NCBI GenBank assembly: GCA_963699695.1
Contig: CAVOUU010000004.1
Coordinates: forward strand, 437,762-501,761
Direction of reading: 5' to 3'
Source of the DNA: an uncultured Acidobacteriota bacterium
GTDB taxonomy: Bacteria > Acidobacteriota > Terriglobia > Terriglobales > Acidobacteriaceae
DNA length: 64,000 nt
Shown here: positions 1 to 9,115 of the stretch, in pieces
Layout: each line of letters starts with the position of its first letter
How positions within the stretch are numbered: position 1 is the first letter of the stretch
Notes under the pieces: generated by a model
What the model saw: the letters and a program-made list of their open reading frames with translations, nothing else
Told to the model about the DNA's origin: nothing
Database searches by the model: none
Position numbers and translations under genes: made by a program

Positions 1-117
1 GATCAAGTGGCGCACCCGCGCTACGTGCTGATTGGCGGCTCGCAGGCGCAGCTCCTGCTGATGCTCCAGGCTCTGTCGCAAATGCAAGACTGCGTGCAGT
101 GAAAATGTGAAGGCCAT
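1..117 (-). CDS. fliJ: Flagellar export protein FliJ, 5' part only (continues past the window start)
   Basis: Absent from the ORF track because it has no stop in the window. Reverse-strand ATG at 115-117 is preceded by GGAG. Translation MAFTFSLHAVLHLRQSLEHQQELRLRAANQHVARVRHLI is coiled-coil-like and lies 27 nt after the fliI stop, the usual fliH-fliI-fliJ order. Confidence 0.55.
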   Translation of the reverse strand, partial: MAFTFSLHAVLHLRQSLEHQQELRLRAANQHVARVRHLI

Positions 118-144
118 GCGCTCACTCCGGCAAATCGTTATCTT

Positions 145-1458
145 CTATCCCGGCAAAGCCAACAACCTGGCGATGGTTTCTGGCAGAGGCGCGGCGTCGC
201 CGGGTTTCTGCATTAGAAATTGATCAAGCTCCGGGATCAGCGTCAGCGCCTTGTCGAGCGTGGAGTCGCTGCCCTTCTGGTATGCCCCAATTCGCACCAG
301 GTCTTCCGACGCCGAATAAGCGGCTAGGAGGCGGCGCAGCGTCTGCGCCTTTTGCTGATGCGCGGGCGATGCCACCGCCGACATCAACCGGCTTACGCTG
401 TCGAGCACGCTGATTGGCGGATAGTGGCTGCGCACGGCCAGCCGACGGTCGAGCATGACGTGGCCGTCGAGCAGCGCACGCGCTCCGTCGACCAGCGGAT
501 CCTGCTCGTCGTCGCCTTCCATCAGCACGCTATAAAACGCCGTAATGCTGCCCGCGCCAAAGCGGCCTGCGCGCTCGATCAGGCGGGCGAGCATGGTAAA
601 GCACGAGGGCGTATAACCTTTTGCCGTGGGAGGCTCGCCCGCAGCAAGTCCAATCTCGCGTTGCGCCATGGCCAGGCGCGTCAGCGAATCGACAACTAAT
701 AGGACCTGTTTGCCCCGGGCGCAGAAATATTCCGCGATGGTGGTCGCCGCCAGCGCGGCGCGAATGCGCAGCAGCGGAGACTGGTCCGAGGTCGAAACCA
801 CCACGCACGCGCGCTTACATCCCTCTTCGCCCAATGCGTTTTCGAGAAAGTCACGCACCTCGCGGCCGCGTTCACCTACCAGCCCGAGGACTGTCAGATC
901 GGCGCTCGTGTTGCGCGCCATCATGCCGATTAACGTACTTTTGCCCACCCCGCTGCCGCCGAAAATTCCCACGCGTTGGCCGCGTCCGCAGCTGAGAAAG
1001 CCGTCGATGGCGCGAATGCCGCAGCCCAGCGCTTCGCTGATCGAAGTGCGGTCGAGTGGCAACGGAGCTGCCGAATCGAGAGCGCGATACTCTCCTCCAC
1101 GGTGCGGCCCCAGCCGGTCAATCGGCTCGCCGCTTCCGTCAATTACCCGGCCGAGCAGCCCTTCGCCGACGCGAATCGTGGGCCGCTCGCCCCGCGTGGT
1201 CACGCGATCGCCATAGCGGATGCCGCGCGGCAACTCCAGCGGCATCGACAGTACGGTTTTGTCGCGAAAGCCGACAATCTCTCCGGGCAGCGAATTGCCC
1301 CGAGAGTCGATGATCTCGCAACGTTCGCCCACCGAGCAGAATGGACCATCCGATTCGACCAGCGGACCAATCACCTGCGTCACCCGCCCCTGCCAGCGCA
1401 ATCCGGAGAGCGATTCCAGCCGCGCGAAATAGGGAGCCAAACCCGCGTCCCAACTCAC
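145..1458 (-). CDS. fliI: Flagellum-specific type III export ATPase FliI
   Basis: ORF 145..1650. Walker A GGSGVGKST and Walker B VLLVVDSLTR are present, with F1/T3SS ATPase-like sequence throughout. Start placed at GTG 1458 (GTGA overlap with the fliH stop) because the upstream 64 tracked codons are Arg/Gly-rich and lie inside fliH. Confidence 0.9.
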   Translation of the reverse strand: MSWDAGLAPYFARLESLSGLRWQGRVTQVIGPLVESDGPFCSVGERCEIIDSRGNSLPGEIVGFRDKTVLSMPLELPRGIRYGDRVTTRGERPTIRVGEGLLGRVIDGSGEPIDRLGPHRGGEYRALDSAAPLPLDRTSISEALGCGIRAIDGFLSCGRGQRVGIFGGSGVGKSTLIGMMARNTSADLTVLGLVGERGREVRDFLENALGEEGCKRACVVVSTSDQSPLLRIRAALAATTIAEYFCARGKQVLLVVDSLTRLAMAQREIGLAAGEPPTAKGYTPSCFTMLARLIERAGRFGAGSITAFYSVLMEGDDEQDPLVDGARALLDGHVMLDRRLAVRSHYPPISVLDSVSRLMSAVASPAHQQKAQTLRRLLAAYSASEDLVRIGAYQKGSDSTLDKALTLIPELDQFLMQKPGDAAPLPETIARLLALPG

Positions 1459-2165
1459 GGCTTCTCCTGCGGACGCGCCGCCAGCAGGTCCATCAGTCCC
1501 TGTTCGATCTCTTTGAGTTGCACCTCGACGCCTATACGTGCCGTTCCCATCGACGTGCGCAATTCGCACAGCTCCGGCGCCATGGCAGGGTCTTCGATAA
1601 TTTGCGGCCAAACGGCCGCGTCCACGTGCGCCTCGAGATACCGCCTCCACTCCTCGGCGCGCAGCGGATTCACCGCCAGCGTCACCCCGGTAGCGCCTTC
1701 GATTTTTTCCAGAGCCACGCGCACAATGCCCATCAGCAGCAGCGGATCCACCTGGGCCTCGCGGTGCAGAACTTTGCGGGCAATACTCAGCGCCAGCTGT
1801 ACGGCTTCAGTTTCGATCTTCTGGTAGTAAACGGCACGCTCGCGGGCAAAACCGGCCAATGCTTCCGCCAGCCCGGCGCGCTCGCGGGCGAGCAATTCAT
1901 CAAACTTGACGCGCGCGTCGAACTCTCCCTGCTGGCGCGCTTGCGCCCGCGACTGAGCTTCACGCTCCGCCATCTGCGCCGCCACAGTCCGGGGATCCGC
2001 TTCGCCGCCGGCCGTAGCTGCAGCGGAACTCGGAGGCGAAAATTCCCGGCCGGCCACGGGCGGCGCGACTTCCGAATAGGGGAACGGGATCGCTTCGGGG
2101 GGCGCAGGAGCTCCACGGGAAGAGACGGAATTTGAGGCCGGTCCGGTTCTAGGCGACGAACTCAT
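1455..2165 (-). CDS. fliH: Flagellar assembly protein FliH
   Basis: 236-aa ORF between fliG and fliI. Disordered Pro/Ala-rich N-terminus, a coiled-coil stretch (AEREAQSRAQARQQGEFDARV) and a FliH-type C-terminal domain. Overlaps both neighbours. Confidence 0.8.
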   Translation of the reverse strand: MSSSPRTGPASNSVSSRGAPAPPEAIPFPYSEVAPPVAGREFSPPSSAAATAGGEADPRTVAAQMAEREAQSRAQARQQGEFDARVKFDELLARERAGLAEALAGFARERAVYYQKIETEAVQLALSIARKVLHREAQVDPLLLMGIVRVALEKIEGATGVTLAVNPLRAEEWRRYLEAHVDAAVWPQIIEDPAMAPELCELRTSMGTARIGVEVQLKEIEQGLMDLLAARPQEKP

Positions 2166-3165
2166 CTTCCCCCTCCGGAGTCAGCGTCAACTTGCCTTCC
2201 GCCTCCAGCTTGCGCGCCACCGCGACCGCCTCGAGTTGCGCCCTGTTGATCTCCCGCGACCTCACCGGGCCCAACACTTCCATATCTTCTTTCAGCATCT
2301 CGACCGCGCGCGACGACATCGACTTGAAGATGTAGTTCTTCAACTCCTCCGAGGCCCCGCGCAGCGCGGTGGCCAGCGTCTTTTTATCCATCTGTCCCAA
2401 CAGTTCGCGGATGCCCGACTCGGGAATCGTCATCATGTCCTCAAAGGTGAACATCAGGTTGCGAATCGAAAGCGCCAGCTTCGGGTCTTCGCCCTCAATC
2501 GACTCCAGAATAGTTTTTCCTACCGCAACGTCGAGGCGGTTCATCAGGTCGGCCACGCCTTTTAATCCCGCATAGGCGCGCCGGCTCTGCTCCCCTAGCG
2601 CTTCCAGCCGCTTGTGCAAGACCACGGCGACGCGCTGCGCCATCTCCGGAGAAAACTGGCGCAATTGTGCCAGCCGCTTGATGGGCTCGGCGCGCAGCTC
2701 GGGTGGCAGCTTCATCAGCACGCTCGAGGCCTGCTTCGATTCCAGGTGCGCCAGAATCAGAGCTATCGTCTGGGGATGCTCGCCTTCAATGAACTTCGCC
2801 AGCTGCTGCGGATCGGCTTTGCGCAGCGAGTCGAGCTTGGTGCCGCGCGCCTCAGCTGAGCGCGTGACCTGGCGCAGCAGTTCGTCCGCACCCTCTTTAC
2901 CGAAGGCCTTCACCAGCAGCTTGTTGGCGTATTCGGTTCCACCCGCGCTGATGTAATCCCCGGTCAAGGCCAGGCGTTGAAACTCCTCAAGCACCTGCAA
3001 CCCGGCCCGGGGGGCAATGTAGTCGATCGCCGTAATCTCCTGCGTGATCAGCTCCACTTCCGCCTGCGGCAGATGGCGGTAGACCAGGCTGGCCGCCTCC
3101 TCGCCCAGCAGCACCATCAGAATGGCTGCTTTGCGCAATCCGGGAATGGCCGCTGCCTCGCTCAT
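2149..3165 (-). CDS. fliG: Flagellar motor switch protein FliG
   Basis: 338 aa. Typical FliG sequence (LRKAAILMVLLGEEAAS; C-terminal MSSRAVEMLKEDME). ATGA overlap with the fliF stop. Confidence 0.92.
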   Translation of the reverse strand: MSEAAAIPGLRKAAILMVLLGEEAASLVYRHLPQAEVELITQEITAIDYIAPRAGLQVLEEFQRLALTGDYISAGGTEYANKLLVKAFGKEGADELLRQVTRSAEARGTKLDSLRKADPQQLAKFIEGEHPQTIALILAHLESKQASSVLMKLPPELRAEPIKRLAQLRQFSPEMAQRVAVVLHKRLEALGEQSRRAYAGLKGVADLMNRLDVAVGKTILESIEGEDPKLALSIRNLMFTFEDMMTIPESGIRELLGQMDKKTLATALRGASEELKNYIFKSMSSRAVEMLKEDMEVLGPVRSREINRAQLEAVAVARKLEAEGKLTLTPEGEDEFVA

Positions 3166-4883
3166 GCCTGACTATCCTCCCGTACCCAGGACTCGACCAG
3201 CCGGCTGGCCGCTTCCGGCTCGGATTTCACCTTGTCGGTCAGCAACTTCTTCAATTGGATTGCGCGCTGTCCCTCGCCCGGAGCTCCCGCCTCCAGCGGA
3301 TTCGCCGAACCGCCGGCGGCTATCGGCTGCGGCACGTTGGCGGCTAGAATTTTCTTGGGCAGCTCGCGGAAGGCAGTCAGGGCCTGCTTCTTCACCGGCC
3401 GCAAAATCAGCAGATAGACCACGGCGAAGAGCGCCGCTAAACCCACATAGCGCAAAACCCATGCCCAGGGCTCGATCAGCCGGCGCCAGTGCTCGGACCT
3501 GGTTGGCGGAGGAGGCGTGTCGAGTGGAATCTCCTGAAACGACAAATTCTCGACCGCCAGCACGTCGCCGCGCTGCGCGTCCACGCCGATGGCGGCGCGG
3601 GCCAGCTCCTCGATCTGCTTCATCTCGTCGGCGGTGCGCTTGCGCCGCGTGGCGGTGCGCTTGCCCGCTTGCTCGGTGACATCGACCGCGTCATCCACCA
3701 GCACCGCTGCGGCAATCCGCCGCACCCTGCCCGCGGGCTCGACGCTGCGGTGCAGGCTCTTGCTCACGGCGTAGGTCGTCGAATCGGTTTTTGAGGACGA
3801 TTGTTCGGCCCCTGCCGCCGCCATTGCCGCCGCAGTTGCACCCTGAGTGAATGGGGTTGAGGGAAGGGTCGGCGGAGGGGTAGCGGGGTTCGTGGCCGGA
3901 GGGGTGGCGGCTGGCGTCGTCGCAGCATTGGCCGGAGCCGCTGCCGTTGCCGCCGGAACATTGCTCGCGGTGCCCGGAATGCCGGCCGGCGCCATGCCCG
4001 TCGAATTTTCCTCCGAGTGCTCCTGCGTCAAGGTCGCTGTAGTTTTCGGATCGTACACTTCCTGCGTATCTTCGCTGGTGCCGAGGTCATACTCCACATG
4101 CACGCTGGCCCGCACGTGGTCGGCGCCCACCACCGGCTCGAGGGTGCGCACCAGCGTCTTGGCCAACTCTTCGTCTGGAGCATAGCTGCGCCCGCCGCCG
4201 TCGCGCGCGTGCAGCAGCGGGCTGTTGCTGTCGGCGTCGATCACAGTCACATTCTCCGGACGCAGCCGATCGACCGCGCTTGCCACCAGCTGCGGAATCG
4301 CCAACTGCGCTTGCTCGGAAAGGTGGCCGCTGCGGGTCTTCAAAATCACCGCCGCTTTGGCCGCGTGCTCCTGCTCGCTGAACAACGACTCCTGCGGCAG
4401 CACCAGATGCACCCGCACGCCTTCAACTTCGCTGAGCGTGCCGAGCGTACGCTCGAGTTCGCCTTCGAGCGCGCGCTGGTAGTTGACCTTCTCGGTGAAA
4501 TCCGAGCCCGCCCAGTTGGGCGTATCGAACAATTCAAAGCCCATGCGCGCGCTGCGCGGCAGGCCTGCCGCCGCGGTCTCCAGCCGTGCGGCATCGAGTT
4601 TGTCCTCTGACACCAGCAGGCTGCCGCCGTCGGGAGAGATTTGGTGCGGAATGTTTTTCGCCGCCAAGCGGCCGCCAAGGGCTTGCGCTTCCTCCGGTCG
4701 AAGCCCGGAGTAGAGCGTCACCAATTTCGGCGTGCCCAGCAGCGTGACGAATACCCACAACGTTCCGCCCACCAGCGCCACGCCCGCGAGCAAGAGAAGG
4801 CGCTGCTGCAGGCTGAGGCCTTTGAAAAATTCTCCCAGGCGATGGATGACGTCGTCGAAGGTTTGGGCTTTGGCATCCGCCAT
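3162..4883 (-). CDS. fliF: Flagellar MS-ring protein FliF
   Basis: 573 aa. N-terminal TM segment (LLLLAGVALVGGTLWVFVTLL), YscJ/FliF-like periplasmic domains, an Ala/Pro/Thr-rich variable linker and a C-terminal TM segment. Confidence 0.9.
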   Translation of the reverse strand: MADAKAQTFDDVIHRLGEFFKGLSLQQRLLLLAGVALVGGTLWVFVTLLGTPKLVTLYSGLRPEEAQALGGRLAAKNIPHQISPDGGSLLVSEDKLDAARLETAAAGLPRSARMGFELFDTPNWAGSDFTEKVNYQRALEGELERTLGTLSEVEGVRVHLVLPQESLFSEQEHAAKAAVILKTRSGHLSEQAQLAIPQLVASAVDRLRPENVTVIDADSNSPLLHARDGGGRSYAPDEELAKTLVRTLEPVVGADHVRASVHVEYDLGTSEDTQEVYDPKTTATLTQEHSEENSTGMAPAGIPGTASNVPAATAAAPANAATTPAATPPATNPATPPPTLPSTPFTQGATAAAMAAAGAEQSSSKTDSTTYAVSKSLHRSVEPAGRVRRIAAAVLVDDAVDVTEQAGKRTATRRKRTADEMKQIEELARAAIGVDAQRGDVLAVENLSFQEIPLDTPPPPTRSEHWRRLIEPWAWVLRYVGLAALFAVVYLLILRPVKKQALTAFRELPKKILAANVPQPIAAGGSANPLEAGAPGEGQRAIQLKKLLTDKVKSEPEAASRLVESWVREDSQA

Positions 4884-4900
4884 CGTGATTCAACCCGCGC

Positions 4901-5203
4901 TTAGAACTGCATGCGTGAAATTTCCTGATAGGCGCTGACGATCTTATTGCGTACCTGCATCATGAGCTGGAACGACAGGTCGGCCTTCTCCACCGCGATC
5001 AGTGCGCTGTGCACGTCGCCGCCTGTGCCTTCGAGCACGCTCGCAACCTTGGTGCTCGATTGCGATTCAAGCCCCCCCATCTCCGACATGGCGTCGCGCA
5101 AAGTTTCGGCAAAGCCGCCGCCTTCGGCCGCAGCAGGGAAACCCGAGCCGGCGCTTTCCACATCGGCGGGAAGAATTCGCAAGGAAGAAACCGGGCTGCT
5201 CAT
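4901..5203 (-). CDS. fliE: Flagellar hook-basal body complex protein FliE
   Basis: 100 aa ending MMQVRNKIVSAYQEISRMQF, the conserved FliE C-terminus. Confidence 0.85.
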   Translation of the reverse strand: MSSPVSSLRILPADVESAGSGFPAAAEGGGFAETLRDAMSEMGGLESQSSTKVASVLEGTGGDVHSALIAVEKADLSFQLMMQVRNKIVSAYQEISRMQF

Positions 5204-5226
5204 AGTGGTAAGCCTAGAGGCAAATT

Positions 5227-5335
5227 GTTGATCGTTGATTTCTGATCTTTTGATTTCCGATTGCTGATTTCTGATGGTTGATTAAAAAAAACGATGCGTG
5301 CGCGAAGCTCTTAATCAACAATCAACAATCAGCAA
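5227..5335. repeat. AT-rich heptad repeat array forming a long imperfect palindrome between flgC and fliE
   Basis: TGAT (once CGAT) recurs 8 times with a 7-8 nt period at 5229, 5236, 5243, 5251, 5258, 5265, 5272 and 5279. Three inverted ATCA heptads follow at 5314, 5321 and 5328. Arms 5261-5285 (TTGCTGATTTCTGATGGTTGATTAA) and 5311-5335 (TTAATCAACAATCAACAATCAGCAA) are reverse complements with 3 mismatches around a 25-nt loop. Confidence 0.8.
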
Positions 5336-5338
5336 TTT

Positions 5339-5776
5339 CTACGTTAATATTTGCAGCGTCTGCTGGATCATGCTCTTCGCTGCCTGCACTGCCGCCGCGT
5401 TTAATTGATAGGACCGCACCGCGCCTAACAGATCCGCCATCTCCATCACCGGGTTCACATTTGGATAGGTCACGTACCCCGCCGCATCCGCATCGGGGTG
5501 TCCCGGCTCATATCTGACTGGCATAGGCGAGGGATCTCCCACCACGCGCTCCACGCGGACCCCGCCATCGGGAGTTCCTCTCCTCATCCGAGCTAGCAAT
5601 AGCGGAAAGCGCGGCATGGGTTGTGCGCGAAAGACCAGCAACTGCCGCCGGTAGGCTCCGCCCTCGGTGGTGTGCGTAGTCTCGGCATTCGCCATGTTGG
5701 CGGCCACCACTTCGGCCCGCCAACGCTCCGCCCCCAGCGCCGATCCGCTCATCTCAAGCATGCCAAACAGGTTCAT
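5339..5776 (-). CDS. flgC: Flagellar basal-body rod protein FlgC
   Basis: 145 aa. N-terminal rod motif (AANMANAETT) and C-terminal YPNVNPVMEMADLLGAVRSYQLN. Confidence 0.92.
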   Translation of the reverse strand: MNLFGMLEMSGSALGAERWRAEVVAANMANAETTHTTEGGAYRRQLLVFRAQPMPRFPLLLARMRRGTPDGGVRVERVVGDPSPMPVRYEPGHPDADAAGYVTYPNVNPVMEMADLLGAVRSYQLNAAAVQAAKSMIQQTLQILT

Positions 5777-6159
5777 GACGACGTCCCTCCTCCCGAATTA
5801 ATTGCCTGCGAAATGGTGTGAAATTCGTCCTTCAACAGCTGGACTCCCAGGTTGTAGGTCATCTGCGCCTCGGCCAACAGCAGGCTTTCCCGCTCCAGGC
5901 TTACATTGTTTCCATCGGGACGCTCCAGGAGCCCGCGCACCCGCTTTGCCACCGGAGTGTAAGAGGCATAGACAAAGCCAGATTCTCCAGCGCCATGTGC
6001 CGCCGCCCGCTTCAGCTCGGCGTGGAAGTCGAGATCGCGCGCCCGGTATCCGGGCGTATCGATGTTCGCCATATTCGCTGCGATTAGCTTGTAGCGGGCC
6101 ACATCCACGTCGAGAAACTGGCTCAACGTCTCCATCGTCGCGGTTTCAATCATGGACAT
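5773..6159 (-). CDS. flgB: Flagellar basal-body rod protein FlgB
   Basis: 128 aa with IAANMANIDTPGYRARDLDF. ATGA overlap with flgC, and the start (6159 or 6153) overlaps the stop of the upstream regulator. Confidence 0.9.
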   Translation of the reverse strand: MSMIETATMETLSQFLDVDVARYKLIAANMANIDTPGYRARDLDFHAELKRAAAHGAGESGFVYASYTPVAKRVRGLLERPDGNNVSLERESLLLAEAQMTYNLGVQLLKDEFHTISQAINSGGGTSS

Positions 6160-7570
6160 AACTGCTCCAGCTCGGCAGCCCGTAGCTGCGGATCTTATTT
6201 CGCACCGTGCGCAGGCTCACCCCCAGCAACGCTGCTGCCCGTGAGCGGTTTCCCCCCGTCGACTCCAGCGTCATTTCGAAGAGCCGGCGCTCCATGTCAC
6301 CTAGCGAAACGCCAGGGCGCAGAACCTTGAGTTCGCGAGCTTCTTCTTTTTTATTAGGAGCTTGATCGTTCGGATTGTTATTTTTTTCTTTTTCTATCTC
6401 CGCGCTTGCTTCTTCCCGCTCCCACCCCGAGCCCTCGAGCGCTTCTGCACCAATTTCATTTCCCGGAGCCAGAGCGACCACGCGGCGCAAACAATTTCCC
6501 AGCTCGCGGACATTGCCCGGCCAGTTGTGAGCTTCGAGGCGCTCGATAAATTCCTCAGTCAAGCGCAAACTTTTTCCCGGCGGTGCGTACAGCCGCAGAA
6601 AGTGATCGGCAAGTTCGGCGATGTCCTGGTGGCGCTCGCGCAGCGGAGGCAGACTTAACGGAATGACATTTAAGCGGTAGAACAAATCGGCGCGAAACTT
6701 TCCCTCGCGCACCATCTCTCGCAAAGCTCGATTGGTGGTCGCAATCACGCGCACATCCACGCGCACGCTGCGGGTATCGCCCAGGCGGTCGAACTCGCGC
6801 TCCTGCAGCACGCGCAATAATTTCGGCTGCAAGCCGAGCGGCATCTCACCCACCTCGTCGAGCAGCAGTGTTCCGCCGTTCGCCAGTTCGAAGCGCCCCG
6901 GCTTCGCCGCTACCGCGCCGGTAAATGCCCCACGGGCGTAGCCGAACAATTCGCTTTCGAGCAGGGTCTCGGGAAATGCCGAGCAATTAATCGCCACAAA
7001 CGCCCGGTCGCGGCGCGGGCTGAGCCGGTGGATCAGCCTTGCCACCAGCTCCTTGCCGGTGCCACTCTCGGCTTCGATCAACACATCCGCCCCGCTCGCC
7101 GCCGCCTGGCGCGCCCGGTCGAGCGCCCGCATCCATGGCGGCGCGTGTCCCGCCAAACCCTCCTGAGCTTGGGCCTGGGTTTGCGCCTGGGCCAGAATCC
7201 GCTCCGCAGCCTGCTCCAGTTGCTCAAACGCGACCGGTTTCACCAGGTAATCGCAGGCGCCGCCCTTGATCGCATTCACCGCATCCGGCACGCTCGCGAA
7301 TGCGGTCAGCAAAATCACCGCCGTGTGCGGAGCCAGCGCCCGCGCCTGCCGCATCACGCTAAAGCCATCTTCACTTGGCGAGCCGGGCATTCCCGCAGGC
7401 CCTGGCATGCGAATGTCTGTTACCACCAGCGGATGCAGACCGCGGCGAAATTTTTCGATCGCCTCACCCGCGTTTGCCGCCGTTTCCACATGCCACTGCC
7501 GCCGCAGGAAGTGGGCCTCCAATGCCGCCCGCATCCCGGCTTCGTCGTCTACTACCAGGACTCGATTCAT
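6146..7570 (-). CDS. Sigma54-dependent response regulator (REC + AAA+ + Fis-type HTH), FleR/FlrC/FlgR-like
   Basis: 474 aa. REC domain (VLVVDDE, TDIRMPG), Walker A ESGTGKE, the GAFTGA sigma54-contact motif, and a C-terminal HTH (GGNRSRAAALLGVSLRTVRNKI). Co-oriented with, and overlapping, both the kinase gene and flgB. Confidence 0.9.
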   Translation of the reverse strand: MNRVLVVDDEAGMRAALEAHFLRRQWHVETAANAGEAIEKFRRGLHPLVVTDIRMPGPAGMPGSPSEDGFSVMRQARALAPHTAVILLTAFASVPDAVNAIKGGACDYLVKPVAFEQLEQAAERILAQAQTQAQAQEGLAGHAPPWMRALDRARQAAASGADVLIEAESGTGKELVARLIHRLSPRRDRAFVAINCSAFPETLLESELFGYARGAFTGAVAAKPGRFELANGGTLLLDEVGEMPLGLQPKLLRVLQEREFDRLGDTRSVRVDVRVIATTNRALREMVREGKFRADLFYRLNVIPLSLPPLRERHQDIAELADHFLRLYAPPGKSLRLTEEFIERLEAHNWPGNVRELGNCLRRVVALAPGNEIGAEALEGSGWEREEASAEIEKEKNNNPNDQAPNKKEEARELKVLRPGVSLGDMERRLFEMTLESTGGNRSRAAALLGVSLRTVRNKIRSYGLPSWSSYVHD

Positions 7571-9036
7571 TCCTGCACGCCCCTTTGCGGAATTTCCAGT
7601 TTCGTTTCCGTCTGTGCAACCCCGAACGACAGAGCTCCGGCCAAGGGAAGCTTCATGGTGAAATTCGCTCCTCCACCGGCGCAGTTATGGCCCGTCAATG
7701 TTCCTCCATGCTGCTCCACGATCTTGCGGGACACCGCTAATCCCAAGCCCGGACTGCCTGCGCGGGTAGTGAATCCGGCGTCGAATATCTTGCCCAATCC
7801 TTCCGCCGTGATTCCCGGCCCGGTGTCATTCACCGAAATATTCGCCATCGGCTGGCCTGCCTCGTGCACGATACGTCCTGAGATTTCCACCCAACCTCCG
7901 CCTGGCATGGCGCGCAACGCATTGAGCACCAGATTCAGCAAAACCTGTTCGAGGCAATGGCGGTCGGCGGCGACCGAGACGCCCGAGAGGCAGTTGCGCA
8001 GGCACAATTCCACCCGGGCCCGGCGTGCCATCGGCAGCAGAAACCCTCCGGCCCACTCGAGTAGCTGTCCCAAGTCTGTTGGCATGCGCTGGGGTGCGGG
8101 CAGGCTGTGAAAATGCAACACATTATTCACCGTCGCCGCCAGGGTGCGGAGTCCGGCCTGCACGTGCTGCACCCACTCGCGACACTCCGGTGGAAGTTCA
8201 GCGCCCGCCAATAGTCCGGCGAACAATTCCAAACTTGCCAGCGGGTTACGGATCTCGTGCGCCAGAACCGCCGCCATCTCCGCCAGCGCCTGTTCCCGCC
8301 GCATGCGGTCACGCTCCCGCACCAGGCGCTTCGACTCGCTGACATCGCGCAAACTAAAAATCGAAACGCACTCCGCGGCGTCAGAACCCGCAGTTTCGGC
8401 ATCCTGCACGCCCGCGTGCCGCACCGCCAGCCAGCGCTCGTCCTCGCTGATATTGTCTTTATTCTTTCCCTGGCTGCCGCAGAAACTTTGTTCCTGCTCG
8501 TCTCCTGCGGCACGGGCGCGCAGCAAAAGCTCGCGTAGCTCGGAGGGCAGCCCAGCCAGCGACTCGAACTTTTCTGGCAGCTCGGCGGGATCATAACCAA
8601 GCAAGCGCTTGGCTTCGGGATTAATCAACGAAATCTTGCCGTCAGCCTTCGCCACCAGCACGCCGCAGGGAAGTCCCTCGAGAATGCGGTCCAAATGAAC
8701 GCGCATGCGCCGGTTTTCTTCGAGACTGCGCTCCAAGCCCGCGTGGCTTTCCTGCAGCTCGCTATTCAGCCGCGCCACCTCGGAGCGCAATAGACCGTAA
8801 GAGCGTTCCAGCGATGCCGCGGCTCCGGCGAAGCTGCGAAAGGCCTGCAGCAGAAATTCTTCGCCCGCCTCCCGCGCCGGTTCCCCGCCTTCGGCGAACG
8901 GAATCGCCGCGATGCCGGATGGAAGCGAAGGCATGGGCAAGGATGTCATGGCTGCAGGCAACATTTGCACGGTTAGGGCCAACGTGCCGGAGGAGTAGCT
9001 GAGATTTTTCTTAGTTGAGCGCTGATTGGCTGGCAT
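7567..9036 (-). CDS. Cytoplasmic PAS sensor histidine kinase (FleS/FlrB/FlgS-like)
   Basis: 489 aa with no obvious TM segment. PAS-like region (GVLVAKADGKISLINPEAKRLLGY), H-box HEIRNPLASL, N-box LNLVLNALRAM, G1 DTGPGI and G2 GLGLAVSRKIVEQHGG. Confidence 0.88.
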   Translation of the reverse strand: MPANQRSTKKNLSYSSGTLALTVQMLPAAMTSLPMPSLPSGIAAIPFAEGGEPAREAGEEFLLQAFRSFAGAAASLERSYGLLRSEVARLNSELQESHAGLERSLEENRRMRVHLDRILEGLPCGVLVAKADGKISLINPEAKRLLGYDPAELPEKFESLAGLPSELRELLLRARAAGDEQEQSFCGSQGKNKDNISEDERWLAVRHAGVQDAETAGSDAAECVSIFSLRDVSESKRLVRERDRMRREQALAEMAAVLAHEIRNPLASLELFAGLLAGAELPPECREWVQHVQAGLRTLAATVNNVLHFHSLPAPQRMPTDLGQLLEWAGGFLLPMARRARVELCLRNCLSGVSVAADRHCLEQVLLNLVLNALRAMPGGGWVEISGRIVHEAGQPMANISVNDTGPGITAEGLGKIFDAGFTTRAGSPGLGLAVSRKIVEQHGGTLTGHNCAGGGANFTMKLPLAGALSFGVAQTETKLEIPQRGVQE

Positions 9037-9115
9037 GCCGCACGAAGGGTCTGGCGCGCAACCACGATCTTGCCTGTGCTGAAAGAGAAATTATGCGAAG
9101 TGAAAATTCGTTCCG

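Noticed and set aside
6211-6225. GG-N10-GC match (TGGGGGTGAGCCTGC, minus strand) just upstream of flgB
   Set aside because: Only the invariant dinucleotides match. Such hits are frequent by chance in GC-rich coding DNA.
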